NCBI GenBank assembly: GCA_019828565.1
Contig: JAHDYR010000062.1
Span: forward strand, 297,666 to 361,665
Reading direction: 5' to 3'
Source of the DNA: Carpediemonas membranifera BICM
Taxonomy: Eukaryota; Protista; Fornicata
DNA: 64,000 nt
The notes under the pieces were generated by a model. It searched no databases. It was given only the letters and a program-made list of their open reading frames with translations, and was not told the origin of the DNA. Each line of letters opens with the position of its first letter. The stretch's first letter is position 1. Position numbers and translations under genes: made by a program. Of this stretch, positions 32,547 through 43,929 are shown piece after piece.

Positions 32547-33283
32547 ATTCTGCACTTTTGGAACAATCGGTTTCAGGACGAAACCTAGAGCAGTAATAGG
32601 ACGCCAAATCAAGCTAATTCATCTATTTACTAAGCGCTGTAGCCTATTAGCTCCATCGGAAGCCGATTGATGTTGTTAATGAAGTACGAGCGCGCCAGGA
32701 AAAATGAAAGGCCCAAAACTCGCCAACGAAGGCCTTTTGGAGCCTCTTAATGCCTTTTTCGGCGTCTGCGTAAGTTTCAGCGCAAATGGTACAGTACTTC
32801 TTCTTATTCTTCTAGACGCCGAGATCAACCCTCGAATTACTTAGAAGCATGCGTAACACGTAATATTTTTCGAGACACGGCCATATGAGGCCGTGGAGGG
32901 GCAGGGATAAGCCTCTATGAATACGGGCGAACCCTAGCCGTCCGTTTGACTGTCATTGACGTCGGTAAGTTCGGACCCTATATGCGGTTCATGAGGGCGG
33001 CGAAGCCCTGGTAAGACCATCTTAACACGTAACATAGCAATTGCTTACACAGTGGATCCACGTTATCATATACAGCTGTCGGGTTTTATTCCCATGTCAC
33101 CGTTGGTGATACCATAATTCCGTATCGGAAGACCGCGGGTCGGGCGTTGCCCACTCCACTGCCAATGGAGTAGACCGTTGCATAGCTTGGGTGGCACCAA
33201 ACTATAACACGGATGACCCTAGGCCAACCTAACCCCCGTAACTCGTTGAGTGTCATGCCTATTACCCAGGCATGGAGGGGCAG

Positions 33284-33395
33284 TGTGGTGGTCATAGACC
33301 ACACTAATCATTTATACAGTTTAAGCCATTTATTGGCACAAGGGTTTTCTCTTCTTCTTTCCCTATAAAAGCATTCTCCGCATTAGCGAGGCACA
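33284..33395 (+). repeat. E3 3' LTR (112 bp)
   Basis: Identical to 5420-5531. Confidence 0.95.
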
Positions 33396-33742
33396 CCAGA
33401 GCCTGCCTGGCGAGACAGAGGCAGGTAGTCTGGAGCTGACAGGCTGCTTATCAGCGGTAGGGTCGGCCTGGCCGAGCACGCGATGCCCCGCCAGCGACAT
33501 TGGTCGCGCCAGCGTCACTGACTAGTCATGCCGTGGTGGTCCGCAGGGCTTGGACCCGGCATGGAGGGGTAGTGATGTGATCAAGTCAATAATAGTCAAG
33601 TCAACGGAGGTTGATTAGTTCATTTAAACAGTTCTCTTCTAGGGACAACAAGACAGGTTGCAGCAGTTCCCATAAAGTACGATAATTACGTCAATGCATG
33701 TAAATGCTGCTTTGAAGGATTTCAAAGCAGCCGTTTGAAGAA

Positions 33743-34171
33743 ATGGAGAGTTATACGCCCGCTATGAAGGCCATAATCGAGGAGCTAAGTGATGGCGACG
33801 ACATTGCCGCCATCAATCGCGTTTTCCGACACGTCATTCGTAAGCGTGCTCGTCGACGCGTTGAATCTGCCGCCAACTCCAACGACGCGTCCCATCATCC
33901 CTCCATTGATGCTTCCACCACCGCTCCAGGCTCGACTGCCAACGATCTGGAGCCACAGCCCGATTCCTGCTATGTTCCGGCAACCGTCGTCGGAGATTCG
34001 CGGAATGCCGTAGGGCTTACAATGGCAAGACGAGCCAGTAAGGTGACTGCGCCAATACAGCGACCATCGAGCTCGTCAAGGCAGTCTCAGCCTGGCACGC
34101 CCCCGGCGGAGACAACACAGGCATCCGTCAGACCCTGGCAGATGCCCTTCGCGACCCTGGAACATCTCTGA
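33743..34171 (+). CDS. Hypothetical protein (may join 34195-34557)
   Basis: ATG ORF of 142 aa only; no motif recognised. Confidence 0.35.
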   Translation: MESYTPAMKAIIEELSDGDDIAAINRVFRHVIRKRARRRVESAANSNDASHHPSIDASTTAPGSTANDLEPQPDSCYVPATVVGDSRNAVGLTMARRASKVTAPIQRPSSSSRQSQPGTPPAETTQASVRPWQMPFATLEHL

Positions 34172-34465
34172 AACGGACAAACCTGGCCGTATTCGTGGCG
34201 CTAATACAAACTGCGACAATGCCCTCGCCGATCTCCCCCCAAAGAAAGAAACTCTGCCCCGCCCTACAAGGGAACTACACCTTCGACACCTTCTTCTCGA
34301 CCCCCGCCATGCTTGTACGGTATGTCTGCCTCATTGAGCGTGAAAAGACTCGCCTGACTGCAGCTGGCCAAATGATCACCAACGCAGTGAATAACCTGCG
34401 CAGAGAGCTCCTGGGTGCATCCATCTGGCGTGAGGCATATCACATTTATAAACAAAAACATGCAC

Positions 34466-37400
34466 CTACTCATCTCGTCCCTTCTTCAGCGCGGCCTTCA
34501 ATCCATGAAGATACGACCGCACCTTCTTGTCATCTGGCAGCGTGCTGTATCTCCTGAAATTGAGTATGCGCGCCCGTATCGACGTCATGGTCACCTGACT
34601 GATGTCGGCGTAAACGTCCAACGTCTCCCAGCCATTGTCCGCGAGGAGGGCGGGCACAAGATTCTCCTGAAGCTTCGAGCTCGGCAAGGCGTGCAGACGG
34701 ACCACAGTACGGAGTTTCTCAGTCGCGGCAACAACGCTTTCCTTGGCGAAAACCTTGAGAAACATCCCCTCAATCTGCTGAACATCTTGGGCGATCGACT
34801 TGGCGTCTGGTGCGGTAATGACTCGGGTTCGCGGCCCAGAGTCGAGCAGGATAACGCACATGGCAGCACACAGCCGAGCAAGAACAGCTTCCCCGAACCG
34901 GTCGGCCAGGGCAGCAGAGCAGAGCACGTCATCGGCCGCTTCGAGGACGGCAAGGCTGTGGTGAACGATGATCGCGGCAGTCATCTTGCCCTCGGGCACA
35001 GAGGGGTTGTACATCGCAATGAGGTCGGGTCGGAGATGGTAAAGGACAAGGCGGCCGGCAGAGGCTTCGATGGCTGCGTCAATCGCGTGTGAAGTCTCGG
35101 TGACCGCCTTGGATATGAAAGTAAGGGCTAGAGACACGCGGGGTCGCCCCTCTTCGACGAATGCACGCGATACATCTTCAGCGAGTGCATGCATGGGGTC
35201 GACAGTCTGTGGTTCCTCCTTTCTTACCTTACGGCCCCTAAGTTTCGCCCTCTTCCCCTTTTCGACCTCGGGGTCTTGGGGCTGGGTGGGCATGATCGCC
35301 TTGACCTCTGGCGGTGTCGCAGGTGAGTTATGGATCGAATCAAATCTCGCCCTGATACGCTCCTCGAGCTTTCCCAGGCTGTGCTTGTAAACGATCAACG
35401 AGTTAACGTTGTGTAGGTACGACCGGATGTCATTGATCGCCACCGTACTCTCAAACGGCGTGGCATCCACCACAACGCCCTTGCCCCTCGCCAGGTTGGG
35501 CGGGGTGACCCCGTCGGGCGTGCCCAAAGAGAAATCGGTCCACAGAGGCGACATCTTGGGCACAGGCCGGTCTGGGAAGGCGGATGACAGGGCGTTGAGG
35601 AAGGTGCGGGTGACATTCATGACGAGTCTGCCGAGTTGGTTGAGGAGGTGCTCGGCAAACTGTGACGGGTTCTCGTCATAGAGGACCTCGTCCACAGCTG
35701 AACTGATTAGCTCATAAATCTCGTTCACCGCACTATTCACGGTAAAAGATTCGGCCACATCCTCGATCTTGCAAGTGGTCGTGACGGGTGTCTGTGTCTC
35801 AATAGCCTTCTTGATGTAGGGACCAACCTTTTCTTCCATCTGTGACATCCAACTCGAATATGCTGAGGATAGCGTCGCCGTGACCGATGGGAGAGTGTTG
35901 TCAGGCATGCGGCCCTGCAACACGTGTACTAGACCGTCAAGTTTGGTCCCAATCATTCTCGCGTGTGGAAGGGAAACGGTCGTCATCGTCCAGTCAGATA
36001 TTGTCTTGGAGATCCGACTAATCACGCGATCCGAGTGCGATGTGAGTATGCGCGCAGTCACCCCAGGCAACACGCCCTCCAGTCTGGGGAGGAACATGTC
36101 GAGGTCCAGCTTGAGCTCCTGGGTCAGGTCGGTGCAGAGCGCCGCGAGCTCCTTGGCCTTGATGCCGCGGTTCCACTGGTCGAGGGCATCTCTACGCTCG
36201 CGGGCGGTTCGCTGGCCTCCGCCAACTTTGGTTCGGAAGTCGGGCGGGGGAGAGTTGTCGACGACTCGACCAGCAATCGACTCGAATAGTGTCAGATGGC
36301 CCTTGACAACAGCATCCATGGTTGAATCCCGGGCTGATTCGAGTAAATCTACGCTAAATTCGTCATGCGAGGCCCAAAGTCCTGATTGTGTGGACACGTA
36401 GCTGTCAATGAAGTCGCGCATGACCAAAAGCTCGGTGTGACGACACGCGATATCCGGCAAAATGTGGATTCCGGCAATAGCGAGTCCGGCAGTGCATCGG
36501 GGGCGGGTAAAGATTGTCTCAATCACCGAGATTGACTTGGATATGACCAACTTGACCCATTTCAGAGTGTAGTCTGACATAGCCTGAGGCTCAGACACTT
36601 CTTGGGCGATCACGGCCTGGAAGAGCTCGGTCGCGTCGGCGGGGGCCTCGAGGGCGACATGAAGGGCAGACAGCAGAGCAAAGAACTGGGCTGCGGCATC
36701 ACAGCCCGAGAACAACCGAGTCGCAAGCGTCGACTGAATCTCCTTGAACTCGTCATTTTGTATCTCGAGATCAGATGTAAGCAAAGCTTTGTACAGAGGC
36801 ACAATGACATCCACGGCGACACCAGCAGGTATAGGCAGCAGCTTGGACGGCGGGGCGGGCGGCGAGGGGTCCGACGCCATGGCCACGAGCACGTCGCCAG
36901 CCGCAGTTATGAGAGGCGCGAGAGACACCGTGAACCGCGGTATGAGCGCGCTTGCCTGAGCCACAGCCTGGCCGTGGTCGAGTGGCGGGTTGAGTACGGG
37001 CAGGAGCAGGGTGGAGACGACTGAGAGGTGGGGGACGAGTGGTTCGAGCAGTATTGGGTCCGACTGGCAGTGTTCGGTCAGCCCGGCGACAAGGAGGGCG
37101 ATCTGGCGCTGGATGCATGAGATGAGACCGGCTGGGTCGGAGGAGGTGATCTGGGTTATGTCGCCGCATGGTATGTCGCCTGTGTGCACGGCAAAGGGCG
37201 AGTGACGCAGTTTTAGGTCAAGTTTCGTGCCAGAGAGCGCCTGGTAGAGGCCAACAAGAGTGCGGAACGGCTGGGCGAGTGACATGACAGGCAAGGGTGG
37301 GCATAGCGACAGGAGCTCCGCGCTCTGCATGTGCTTTGCAGTTCCAAGCCCGAGGGCTACACGGAGTCGGGTCATGAGGATGTCGGGCTGCACAGCCTCG

Positions 37401-37813
37401 GGATCCCGCGCCTTTCTGACCGGGAGGTTGGCTGGGCGTGTGATGTAGGTCCCCAGAATGACTTCCCAAGCCAGGACCTTAGCCTGCTCGTCGCCGGAGT
37501 CTGGGTCCGTTTTGACGACAGGCATGAGCTCAGCTAGCTCAGGGAGGTCTGGGGGCGGAGGCAGGGGCTTCTTGGGCGGCGGTGGGGCGGAGGAGAGAGA
37601 CAGGTCGACCATATCCATCGTGGGGACGCCGTCGACGGCGTTGGGGTCGTTCGATGGGAACTCCATGGTGTCTGCAAGGGCGCTGATCCTATCGAAAAGA
37701 GCCTTGCCATACTTGCTGTACCGTTTCATCACGCCATAGTCCGATGTGTAGTTCTTGAAGGCTCCGTCCTCCAGGATGGTAGTTAGCTTCTTATAGACCT
37801 CTGATAGGTCCAT
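34466..37813 (-). CDS. MUN-domain / Unc-13-like (PATROL1/DUF810-like) vesicle tethering protein
   Basis: 1115-aa helical protein. C-terminal VILLDSGPRTRVITAPDAKSIAQDVQQIEGMF resembles the MHD2 motif of that family. Confidence 0.6.
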   Translation of the reverse strand: MDLSEVYKKLTTILEDGAFKNYTSDYGVMKRYSKYGKALFDRISALADTMEFPSNDPNAVDGVPTMDMVDLSLSSAPPPPKKPLPPPPDLPELAELMPVVKTDPDSGDEQAKVLAWEVILGTYITRPANLPVRKARDPEAVQPDILMTRLRVALGLGTAKHMQSAELLSLCPPLPVMSLAQPFRTLVGLYQALSGTKLDLKLRHSPFAVHTGDIPCGDITQITSSDPAGLISCIQRQIALLVAGLTEHCQSDPILLEPLVPHLSVVSTLLLPVLNPPLDHGQAVAQASALIPRFTVSLAPLITAAGDVLVAMASDPSPPAPPSKLLPIPAGVAVDVIVPLYKALLTSDLEIQNDEFKEIQSTLATRLFSGCDAAAQFFALLSALHVALEAPADATELFQAVIAQEVSEPQAMSDYTLKWVKLVISKSISVIETIFTRPRCTAGLAIAGIHILPDIACRHTELLVMRDFIDSYVSTQSGLWASHDEFSVDLLESARDSTMDAVVKGHLTLFESIAGRVVDNSPPPDFRTKVGGGQRTARERRDALDQWNRGIKAKELAALCTDLTQELKLDLDMFLPRLEGVLPGVTARILTSHSDRVISRISKTISDWTMTTVSLPHARMIGTKLDGLVHVLQGRMPDNTLPSVTATLSSAYSSWMSQMEEKVGPYIKKAIETQTPVTTTCKIEDVAESFTVNSAVNEIYELISSAVDEVLYDENPSQFAEHLLNQLGRLVMNVTRTFLNALSSAFPDRPVPKMSPLWTDFSLGTPDGVTPPNLARGKGVVVDATPFESTVAINDIRSYLHNVNSLIVYKHSLGKLEERIRARFDSIHNSPATPPEVKAIMPTQPQDPEVEKGKRAKLRGRKVRKEEPQTVDPMHALAEDVSRAFVEEGRPRVSLALTFISKAVTETSHAIDAAIEASAGRLVLYHLRPDLIAMYNPSVPEGKMTAAIIVHHSLAVLEAADDVLCSAALADRFGEAVLARLCAAMCVILLDSGPRTRVITAPDAKSIAQDVQQIEGMFLKVFAKESVVAATEKLRTVVRLHALPSSKLQENLVPALLADNGWETLDVYADISQVTMTSIRARILNFRRYSTLPDDKKVRSYLHGLKAALKKGRDE

Positions 37814-39573
37814 TGTTTTGATCCTGTGTAACCTTGTATGTTCTAAACGAGCCTATCGAGATCCATTGGGATGTTTGAATCTTGTGTTGCTGGATTGCGT
37901 TTCACCTCGACCCATCGAAAGTCGAGATGAGCAGCGGCTGAGAGCCTTGATAACAACGTGTAAGTCAGTGGAACCGCATTATTTCTTGCCGATTTGTTCC
38001 CCTCATCTCATTCGACAAGAATAGCTCCAGGTTGTCATGATGTTGTCCTGAATGTCAGTTTTATATATATATAAAAATAAGCAGCTTGACGGCCCATATC
38101 AGGGCGTCAGTCGCGGGGTTCCATGCGCAAGGGCGTATTCCCCGAGCGGAGTGGTGTTCATGGCGAGCACAACGAGTTCATAACTGATTCTCCTCTTATC
38201 CAAGCGATGCTTGAGTGACCAATAGGCGCACAGATGATAGTTGGTGTTCAGTAGCTGATGTTTGTTAGTTTAGATTGGCCTGGAAACACGGCTCCACACA
38301 GACAAGACTGGACAGACACTGAGTAAGAAAGAAGAGAGAGTTGCGCGTAAGCATGGTATAGTTGTATCCACATAGAATGTCATAAACACGGACCATAACA
38401 TCATCACTCGCGCAAATGAGACAAACCCTCATCACCAGACACAGTGACTCCGATTCGACTGTGGCACGAGGTTCCGGAGATTGACAAAAGTGGTTGAAAC
38501 TGAGACAAGACAACAGGGTGCAGAGTAGGCCACCCTGGTGTGTGAATTATGTGATACCATGATTCCAGCATCAATCCTCTGACAAACATGCTCGACCAAA
38601 CAGTCTGCAGAAGTCAACTGCGTGTGCTGGGTCATGTCATTGTTCGCTGGACGTCTGCTGAATTCGTCCAGACAGAATCTGGGACCAAGTCGCCTTCGAA
38701 AAACTGCTTGCCTGCTTCGGTGCCGAGCACCACATCTCGACCCCCACGAGGCAACGAACGTAGCCGAGCGCCATATCAGATAGTCCAACAGTCAACAAGC
38801 CATGACTCAAGCTGAATACACCTTCCGCCACTGGTCACAGGACCTCCCAGATCGCCGGCCATCCTCCGAATCCTGAAGAGCGAGGCAGAGGTCGATGACG
38901 ACTTTTCTCTCCGCCTGAGTATGCCAGTCGAAAGACGGGCTTGCTCTGGCGATGTCATCAGTCCTGTGGACTCCCGCGTTCTTCGCGGCCACGAGACAAC
39001 TGGCAGGGCTGGGGGTCATACGCTCTACTGACAGTGACGGGTGCCATTAAGTGTCTCTCGCCTCAGCTCAACACGCCGTCGAACTGGCCTAGTGGCTTGG
39101 ACGATGTGAAGGCTCTTGACGCCGACCACACACAGAAGAACTTGACTTGCCTCGTTGAGGAAATAATAGTCACCAAGCTCTCCGTAGGTGCCGCCGTCTC
39201 CCCTAACGTCGTTCGGTCGTTCATGATGGTCGACCCGACCTCTCTCGGGCGCTCGCGACGCAGCACATGCAGCAGCAGTGGATTTGGGCCTCCCACTAAG
39301 TATTCAATCTTGATGTATGGTGGAGCATTCTAGCTCGTGTAGAGCGCGATCAACGCTTGTTGGCAATTCCGACGACTCGTCGACAACTCACAGGACGGAG
39401 CGACGGAGGACCCCGACGAACTCCACAGCCCCCACCTGCTTCGCTAAGCTCAGGCTCGTGAAGCTCGGCTGCGCCTCGCCGCTCGCTAGACAGTTATCCA
39501 TTGACCCGTAAAAGTTTGCACCCCAGACCACATCACTCCAGTCTTGCAATAATCCGTTTACACATCAATCCAG

Positions 39574-42429
39574 TCAATGCGCAAGAGTCTCGACGATCGA
39601 CTGGGCCGCCGCCACAGCGCTCTGGTCTGCAGACCCGCTCGCCCGCACAGCCTCGACGGCCCCCTGCACGAGCGTCTCCACACCCACACCGTCCGTGAAG
39701 TCAACCACCTGCGGCCCGGCGAACGACAGTGCAACGTACGCCGCCTGGAAGCCGTCCTCGGGATCCTTCACCGTCATGTCACGCTGGGTCACCCGGCTGG
39801 TGCTGGCAGTCTTCCGGTAGTTGACCAAGGCGTGGCTGAGGGCAGGCAGCAGGAAGTGGTGCAGCTGCGCCCCGGGGGCAGACGCCGCGAGCTCACTGAG
39901 GCCGACGACGGCGTACTTCCACTGATACTGGTCCAGGTTCGTGGCCGCGAGCTTGCCGATGTTGGCGCACACAACGTTGGTGATGGCCATGGCGCTGAAG
40001 CCTTGCTGTATGCCTTCGAGAATCCCCACGAAAGCTCCTGGCCCGACGCGGTGGACGGCGAGGCACAGCATGGCGCTGAAGTTGGCCATGTAGACGGGCG
40101 TGGCCTTCTTCTGGGCCCGCTGGAAGAGCAGTTTAACGAGCCTCGTCCCCCGGTCGGGCGAGACCACCACCTCGACGGGCGCGGCCGCCACGAACGTTTG
40201 TACGAGCTCGATGCCGTAGAACTCGGTCTTGACGGACAGCACAAGCTTCTTGACGATCTCAAAGACCTTGGCAAAGATCTCCTCGGACGCGAATGCGGCG
40301 GGCTCCTTCCTGACGTAGACCTGGATGACCTTGGCGAGGGCGGGGATGTTTCCCCGCTCGAGCCAGAGGGACTCGGATGCAGTGATGGCCGCCAGCACCG
40401 CCTGGTAGCGCTCAGTGACGGTGGGGCGGCATGTGAGCATCTGGGCGATGAACTGGAACGCGTACGACTGGAACTCGACGACGTTCTCGGTCACAATGTA
40501 GTTAATTGATTCAAACACGGCCGCCTCGAGCTGGTCGAACGCCTCAGGGGCGTCAGCGGCGACTATTCTAGCGATGACGAGGGCGAGGGCCTCGAAAACG
40601 AGGTGGTTGAACATCGGCACGGTGGGGTCCTTGGCGATGCGGAGAACGATACCAGAGAGCGTGGCGTAGACGTCCTTGCTCACAGCGAGGGCGAGGGGGG
40701 CCGGTGCCTGGACCAGGAGACGTATGGCGAGCTTGAGCAGCTGGGAGCACGTGCCCCACTCATCCTCCCGGGTCAGGCGGGAGAAGACGACCGTGAAGGC
40801 CGGCATCACCCTGCCGCTGATTGATTCAAAGGGAATGACCGGCTGGCCGTCCTTCTGCATGCGGAGGAGATAATCGAGCGTGTATGCGGAGTACGCCGAG
40901 ACCACGTAGCAGTCGGCCTCCAGCTTCTCCCAGAGCTGTGTGATGCACGCGGTGATGTGTCTGGGCTGCAGATACGGCCTGAAGAACGCGATGAATTTGA
41001 TCGCCGCGGCCACGAGCATCGGGTCCTGGGCCGTGAGGGCCGGCACGACGTGCTGCTCGAGGAAGCCGTACAGCGTCGGCTCGTCACACCGGATGGAGGT
41101 GACGCCGCGCTTGAGGAGGAATCCGACGATGGAGATGGACGAGAAGAACTTGATGGCGAGGATCCTGCTGGCCTCCGTCACCGGTGTCGTCTGAAGGACG
41201 CTGTCCAGCTTCTCCACGGCCACGGCTAGCACGGGCTGCTCGAAGTGGATGCAGAGGGCCGACACGAGCTCCGAGGCGGCCCCAGCCCTGCTGTACTCGG
41301 CGTCCGAGAAGTGGTCGAGGTCCAGCTGCACGAACTGGCGGGGGTTCACCTCGAACTCGTCGACGTCCTCGTCTCTGACCGCGAGGGAGGGCAGGACCAC
41401 ACTCTCGACGATGGTGCGGAGGGTCTCGGGCTCTCTGAGTGTGTGGAAGTAGTAGGGGGACGTCGCGATCGACTGGACATACTGGATACAGGCGATCGCC
41501 AGGCTGTCGAGGGTCGCGGCGGCCGAGAGTGATTGCAGCAGAGTCCATATCAGCGGAGTGAACTTGCTGACGTAGTCCTTGAAGTCGCCCTCGTCAATGT
41601 GGGTCACACAGAAGCGTACGTTGCGGACGGTGGCCGTCTGTGCCTTGACCAGCATAGTCTTGTCCTCCGGGGCAGCAGACATGAAGTCGTTACGTGCCTC
41701 CAAGATAAATGCGAACATCTGGGTAAACGTCGGCAAGTTGTCCTCAAAAAACTCGGGGACCGTGTGCCAGTTGAGGGTCGACCAGATCTTCAGCAGATAC
41801 ATCACGCACCGCATAGCGAGTGGGCGATCGACCTCGTTCGGGGGCTGGGGAAGGGCCGTGAACAGAGCCTGCATGTGGGCCATCATGGGCTGGCAGAACT
41901 GGTCGAGGAGGGCACGGAGCTCGGGCACGAGCTGGTCGATGTCCTCGCCGTCTCTGAAGCGGGTCTTCGTGGCGACATGGATGAGGCGGAGAACCGCAGC
42001 GGCCTCGTGCAAGGCTGAGCGCTGCATGGCTGAGTTAAGCATGGAGATGCAGTTGTCGATGAAGCCCTGCCACACAGGATAGTCTGTGGTGAGGATAGTG
42101 CGCAGTGCGGCCATAAAGACGTTGCTGATGACGGGATGGCCCGACTTTTCGAAGTATACTTGCAATATTTGGAGGCGAATTTGCTCAGCGTTCTGCAGAC
42201 CGCGCTCCTCCTTATCGGGCCAAACGCGGTTCACCCAGTTCTTGAGGAGAAGTGAGGTTGAAAGCGTAGCCGCCTCATCATTGGCGAAATCTGAAGTGAC
42301 AAGGCGAATTAGCGCTTGTCCGAGCTCCGTGTTCGACAACAGAGAGCTAAGGTACTTCTCAGCCGCCTTGAACTCTTCCATGTTACCTTGTGGGTTGCAT
42401 ACACGCAGGATGGCGGACTTTAGCTCCAT
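39574..42429 (-). CDS. CSE1: Exportin-2 (importin-alpha re-exporter)
   Basis: IBN_N-like LKNWVNRVW, PEFFEDNL, DEFEVNPRQFVQLDL and W.ERGNIPAL; 951 aa. Confidence 0.92.
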   Translation of the reverse strand: MELKSAILRVCNPQGNMEEFKAAEKYLSSLLSNTELGQALIRLVTSDFANDEAATLSTSLLLKNWVNRVWPDKEERGLQNAEQIRLQILQVYFEKSGHPVISNVFMAALRTILTTDYPVWQGFIDNCISMLNSAMQRSALHEAAAVLRLIHVATKTRFRDGEDIDQLVPELRALLDQFCQPMMAHMQALFTALPQPPNEVDRPLAMRCVMYLLKIWSTLNWHTVPEFFEDNLPTFTQMFAFILEARNDFMSAAPEDKTMLVKAQTATVRNVRFCVTHIDEGDFKDYVSKFTPLIWTLLQSLSAAATLDSLAIACIQYVQSIATSPYYFHTLREPETLRTIVESVVLPSLAVRDEDVDEFEVNPRQFVQLDLDHFSDAEYSRAGAASELVSALCIHFEQPVLAVAVEKLDSVLQTTPVTEASRILAIKFFSSISIVGFLLKRGVTSIRCDEPTLYGFLEQHVVPALTAQDPMLVAAAIKFIAFFRPYLQPRHITACITQLWEKLEADCYVVSAYSAYTLDYLLRMQKDGQPVIPFESISGRVMPAFTVVFSRLTREDEWGTCSQLLKLAIRLLVQAPAPLALAVSKDVYATLSGIVLRIAKDPTVPMFNHLVFEALALVIARIVAADAPEAFDQLEAAVFESINYIVTENVVEFQSYAFQFIAQMLTCRPTVTERYQAVLAAITASESLWLERGNIPALAKVIQVYVRKEPAAFASEEIFAKVFEIVKKLVLSVKTEFYGIELVQTFVAAAPVEVVVSPDRGTRLVKLLFQRAQKKATPVYMANFSAMLCLAVHRVGPGAFVGILEGIQQGFSAMAITNVVCANIGKLAATNLDQYQWKYAVVGLSELAASAPGAQLHHFLLPALSHALVNYRKTASTSRVTQRDMTVKDPEDGFQAAYVALSFAGPQVVDFTDGVGVETLVQGAVEAVRASGSADQSAVAAAQSIVETLAH

Positions 42430-42715
42430 TTGCCACCGACTGCTTGGCTAAAGCTGCACATCCTCGGTCACGCCCACGGCCGTCGATAAAGCCAGCCGAC
42501 GGCACATTCATAGCCATGCCGGCAGTATCTGTATACATACCAGGCTCGGGGCGACCCGGGCGACGAACTTCAGACCGTCAAAGGATGAAGGAAAGACGAA
42601 GCTATGACAATGACGGCGAGAAGGCGTCCTCATCACAAGGTCAAAGATCCCGCCCAGGTCACCTCTGGTCACTGGTCGTGACAGCAGTAGTTTGGTTGTA
42701 TGCGTACCCTGACAT

Positions 42716-43642
42716 TTACCTCTCTTCGATGGTGATGTCACCCTTCTTCCCTCCGATGCCGCGGATCCGGAACTTCGCAGCATCGCTCCACCTGTCGAAC
42801 GAAGCAGACACAACCCGGCCGCCAACAACAGTGACAGTGATAGGCACACCACCACCTGACCCGACACAGCAACCACCGAAGAGGATCCATAAGATGACGG
42901 CAATGCCGATGACGACTGGGACTGGGACGTCATACAGGCCCACAAGCTTCAGGAGCTCGGTCACCCCGAGGTAGATGAGGTAACCAGCGAGCGGGCCGAC
43001 GATTGCGATGACCAAGAAGAAAAGTCCTATTACGACACCTACAACGATGAAGATCAGGGTCAGAAGGATACTGGACGTGAATGGCAGACCCTGGATGAAC
43101 GTAATAAATGCCGGGGTCAGGTAGAGTGCCAGCTGTCGAGTCGATTTGTTCATGAACGGCTTGAGTGTAGGTTCATGGACACCAAGGTAGATGTCGTGGG
43201 CCAAGAGGGCGAGGAAGCCGAGCACGGGGAAGACGTAGCAGAAGAGCACCGTGCTGACCAAGGCCAGGAGGAAGAAATTGACGAAGAACTGGACGACCTG
43301 GCACAGTATGAAGAGGACGACCGGGAGGTTGGCGAGGACCATGGCGAGGACGTTGTGTCTGCCGAGAGCTTCTTCCTCAAGTTTGAAGCTCCGCTGCAGT
43401 ATCACGTGGACACAGGTGAGCACGACGTGCATGACGACAGCGAAGAGCGTGTTGATGCCGACGATAGCCCAGTAGACGGGTTGTTCGAAAACTGAGCCAT
43501 TTTCGGGCGTACCGAAGTTATATTGCTTGAATGCACTCAATATGAAGGGAATGAGGATGCCGCCGTAGAAGAACGGAGCGGACATGGCCGTGGGGATGTT
43601 GACAGCGGACCACAGCTGCTGGAACTTGATCAGGTTAGCCAT
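42716..43642 (-). CDS. Multi-pass membrane protein, unknown function
   Basis: 308 aa with about 7-8 hydrophobic segments. Confidence 0.75.
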   Translation of the reverse strand: MANLIKFQQLWSAVNIPTAMSAPFFYGGILIPFILSAFKQYNFGTPENGSVFEQPVYWAIVGINTLFAVVMHVVLTCVHVILQRSFKLEEEALGRHNVLAMVLANLPVVLFILCQVVQFFVNFFLLALVSTVLFCYVFPVLGFLALLAHDIYLGVHEPTLKPFMNKSTRQLALYLTPAFITFIQGLPFTSSILLTLIFIVVGVVIGLFFLVIAIVGPLAGYLIYLGVTELLKLVGLYDVPVPVVIGIAVILWILFGGCCVGSGGGVPITVTVVGGRVVSASFDRWSDAAKFRIRGIGGKKGDITIEER

Positions 43643-43929
43643 TTCTGTGTTTTAGAGTGATTGACACGAAAAAGTGCCGTTTTTTTCACTCAATGGGGGC
43701 TTTTGTCACGATGTCGGATGGTCTTAATTGAGACTCAATTTAAGAATCTTAAACTGCGAAATTATAAAATGGCAATACCAGTCTCAATCCACGATGGACA
43801 CTATGCTGTGGGTCCAGGTCAAGGGTATCCCAGTGCCCGGTCCCTTGCTCCCGTATGAACGAAATCACGAAACAAGCCAATCCCCCCGCCGGCGTTTATA
43901 ACATAGTAAGCTGCCTATAGCACATGGCG

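Larger units (their letters stand above)
5420..33395 (+). mobile_element. Complete Gypsy/chromovirus element E3 (~6.0 kb after removing nested inserts)
   Basis: Identical 112-bp LTRs (5420-5531, 33284-33395) with TGT...ACA ends, 4-bp TSD CCAG (5416-5419 / 33396-33399) and a PPT before the 3' LTR. Confidence 0.95.
4252..33655 (+). mobile_element. Putative outermost Gypsy element E0, 3' region only (4252-5419 joined to 33400-~33655; right end uncertain)
   Basis: PPT motif GCATGGAGGGGTAG at 33559-33572 is followed by TG and an AT-rich segment, and is nearly identical to the E3 PPT GCATGGAGGGGCAG (33270-33283). A second copy lies at 5268-5281. No partner LTR is in the window. Confidence 0.5.
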
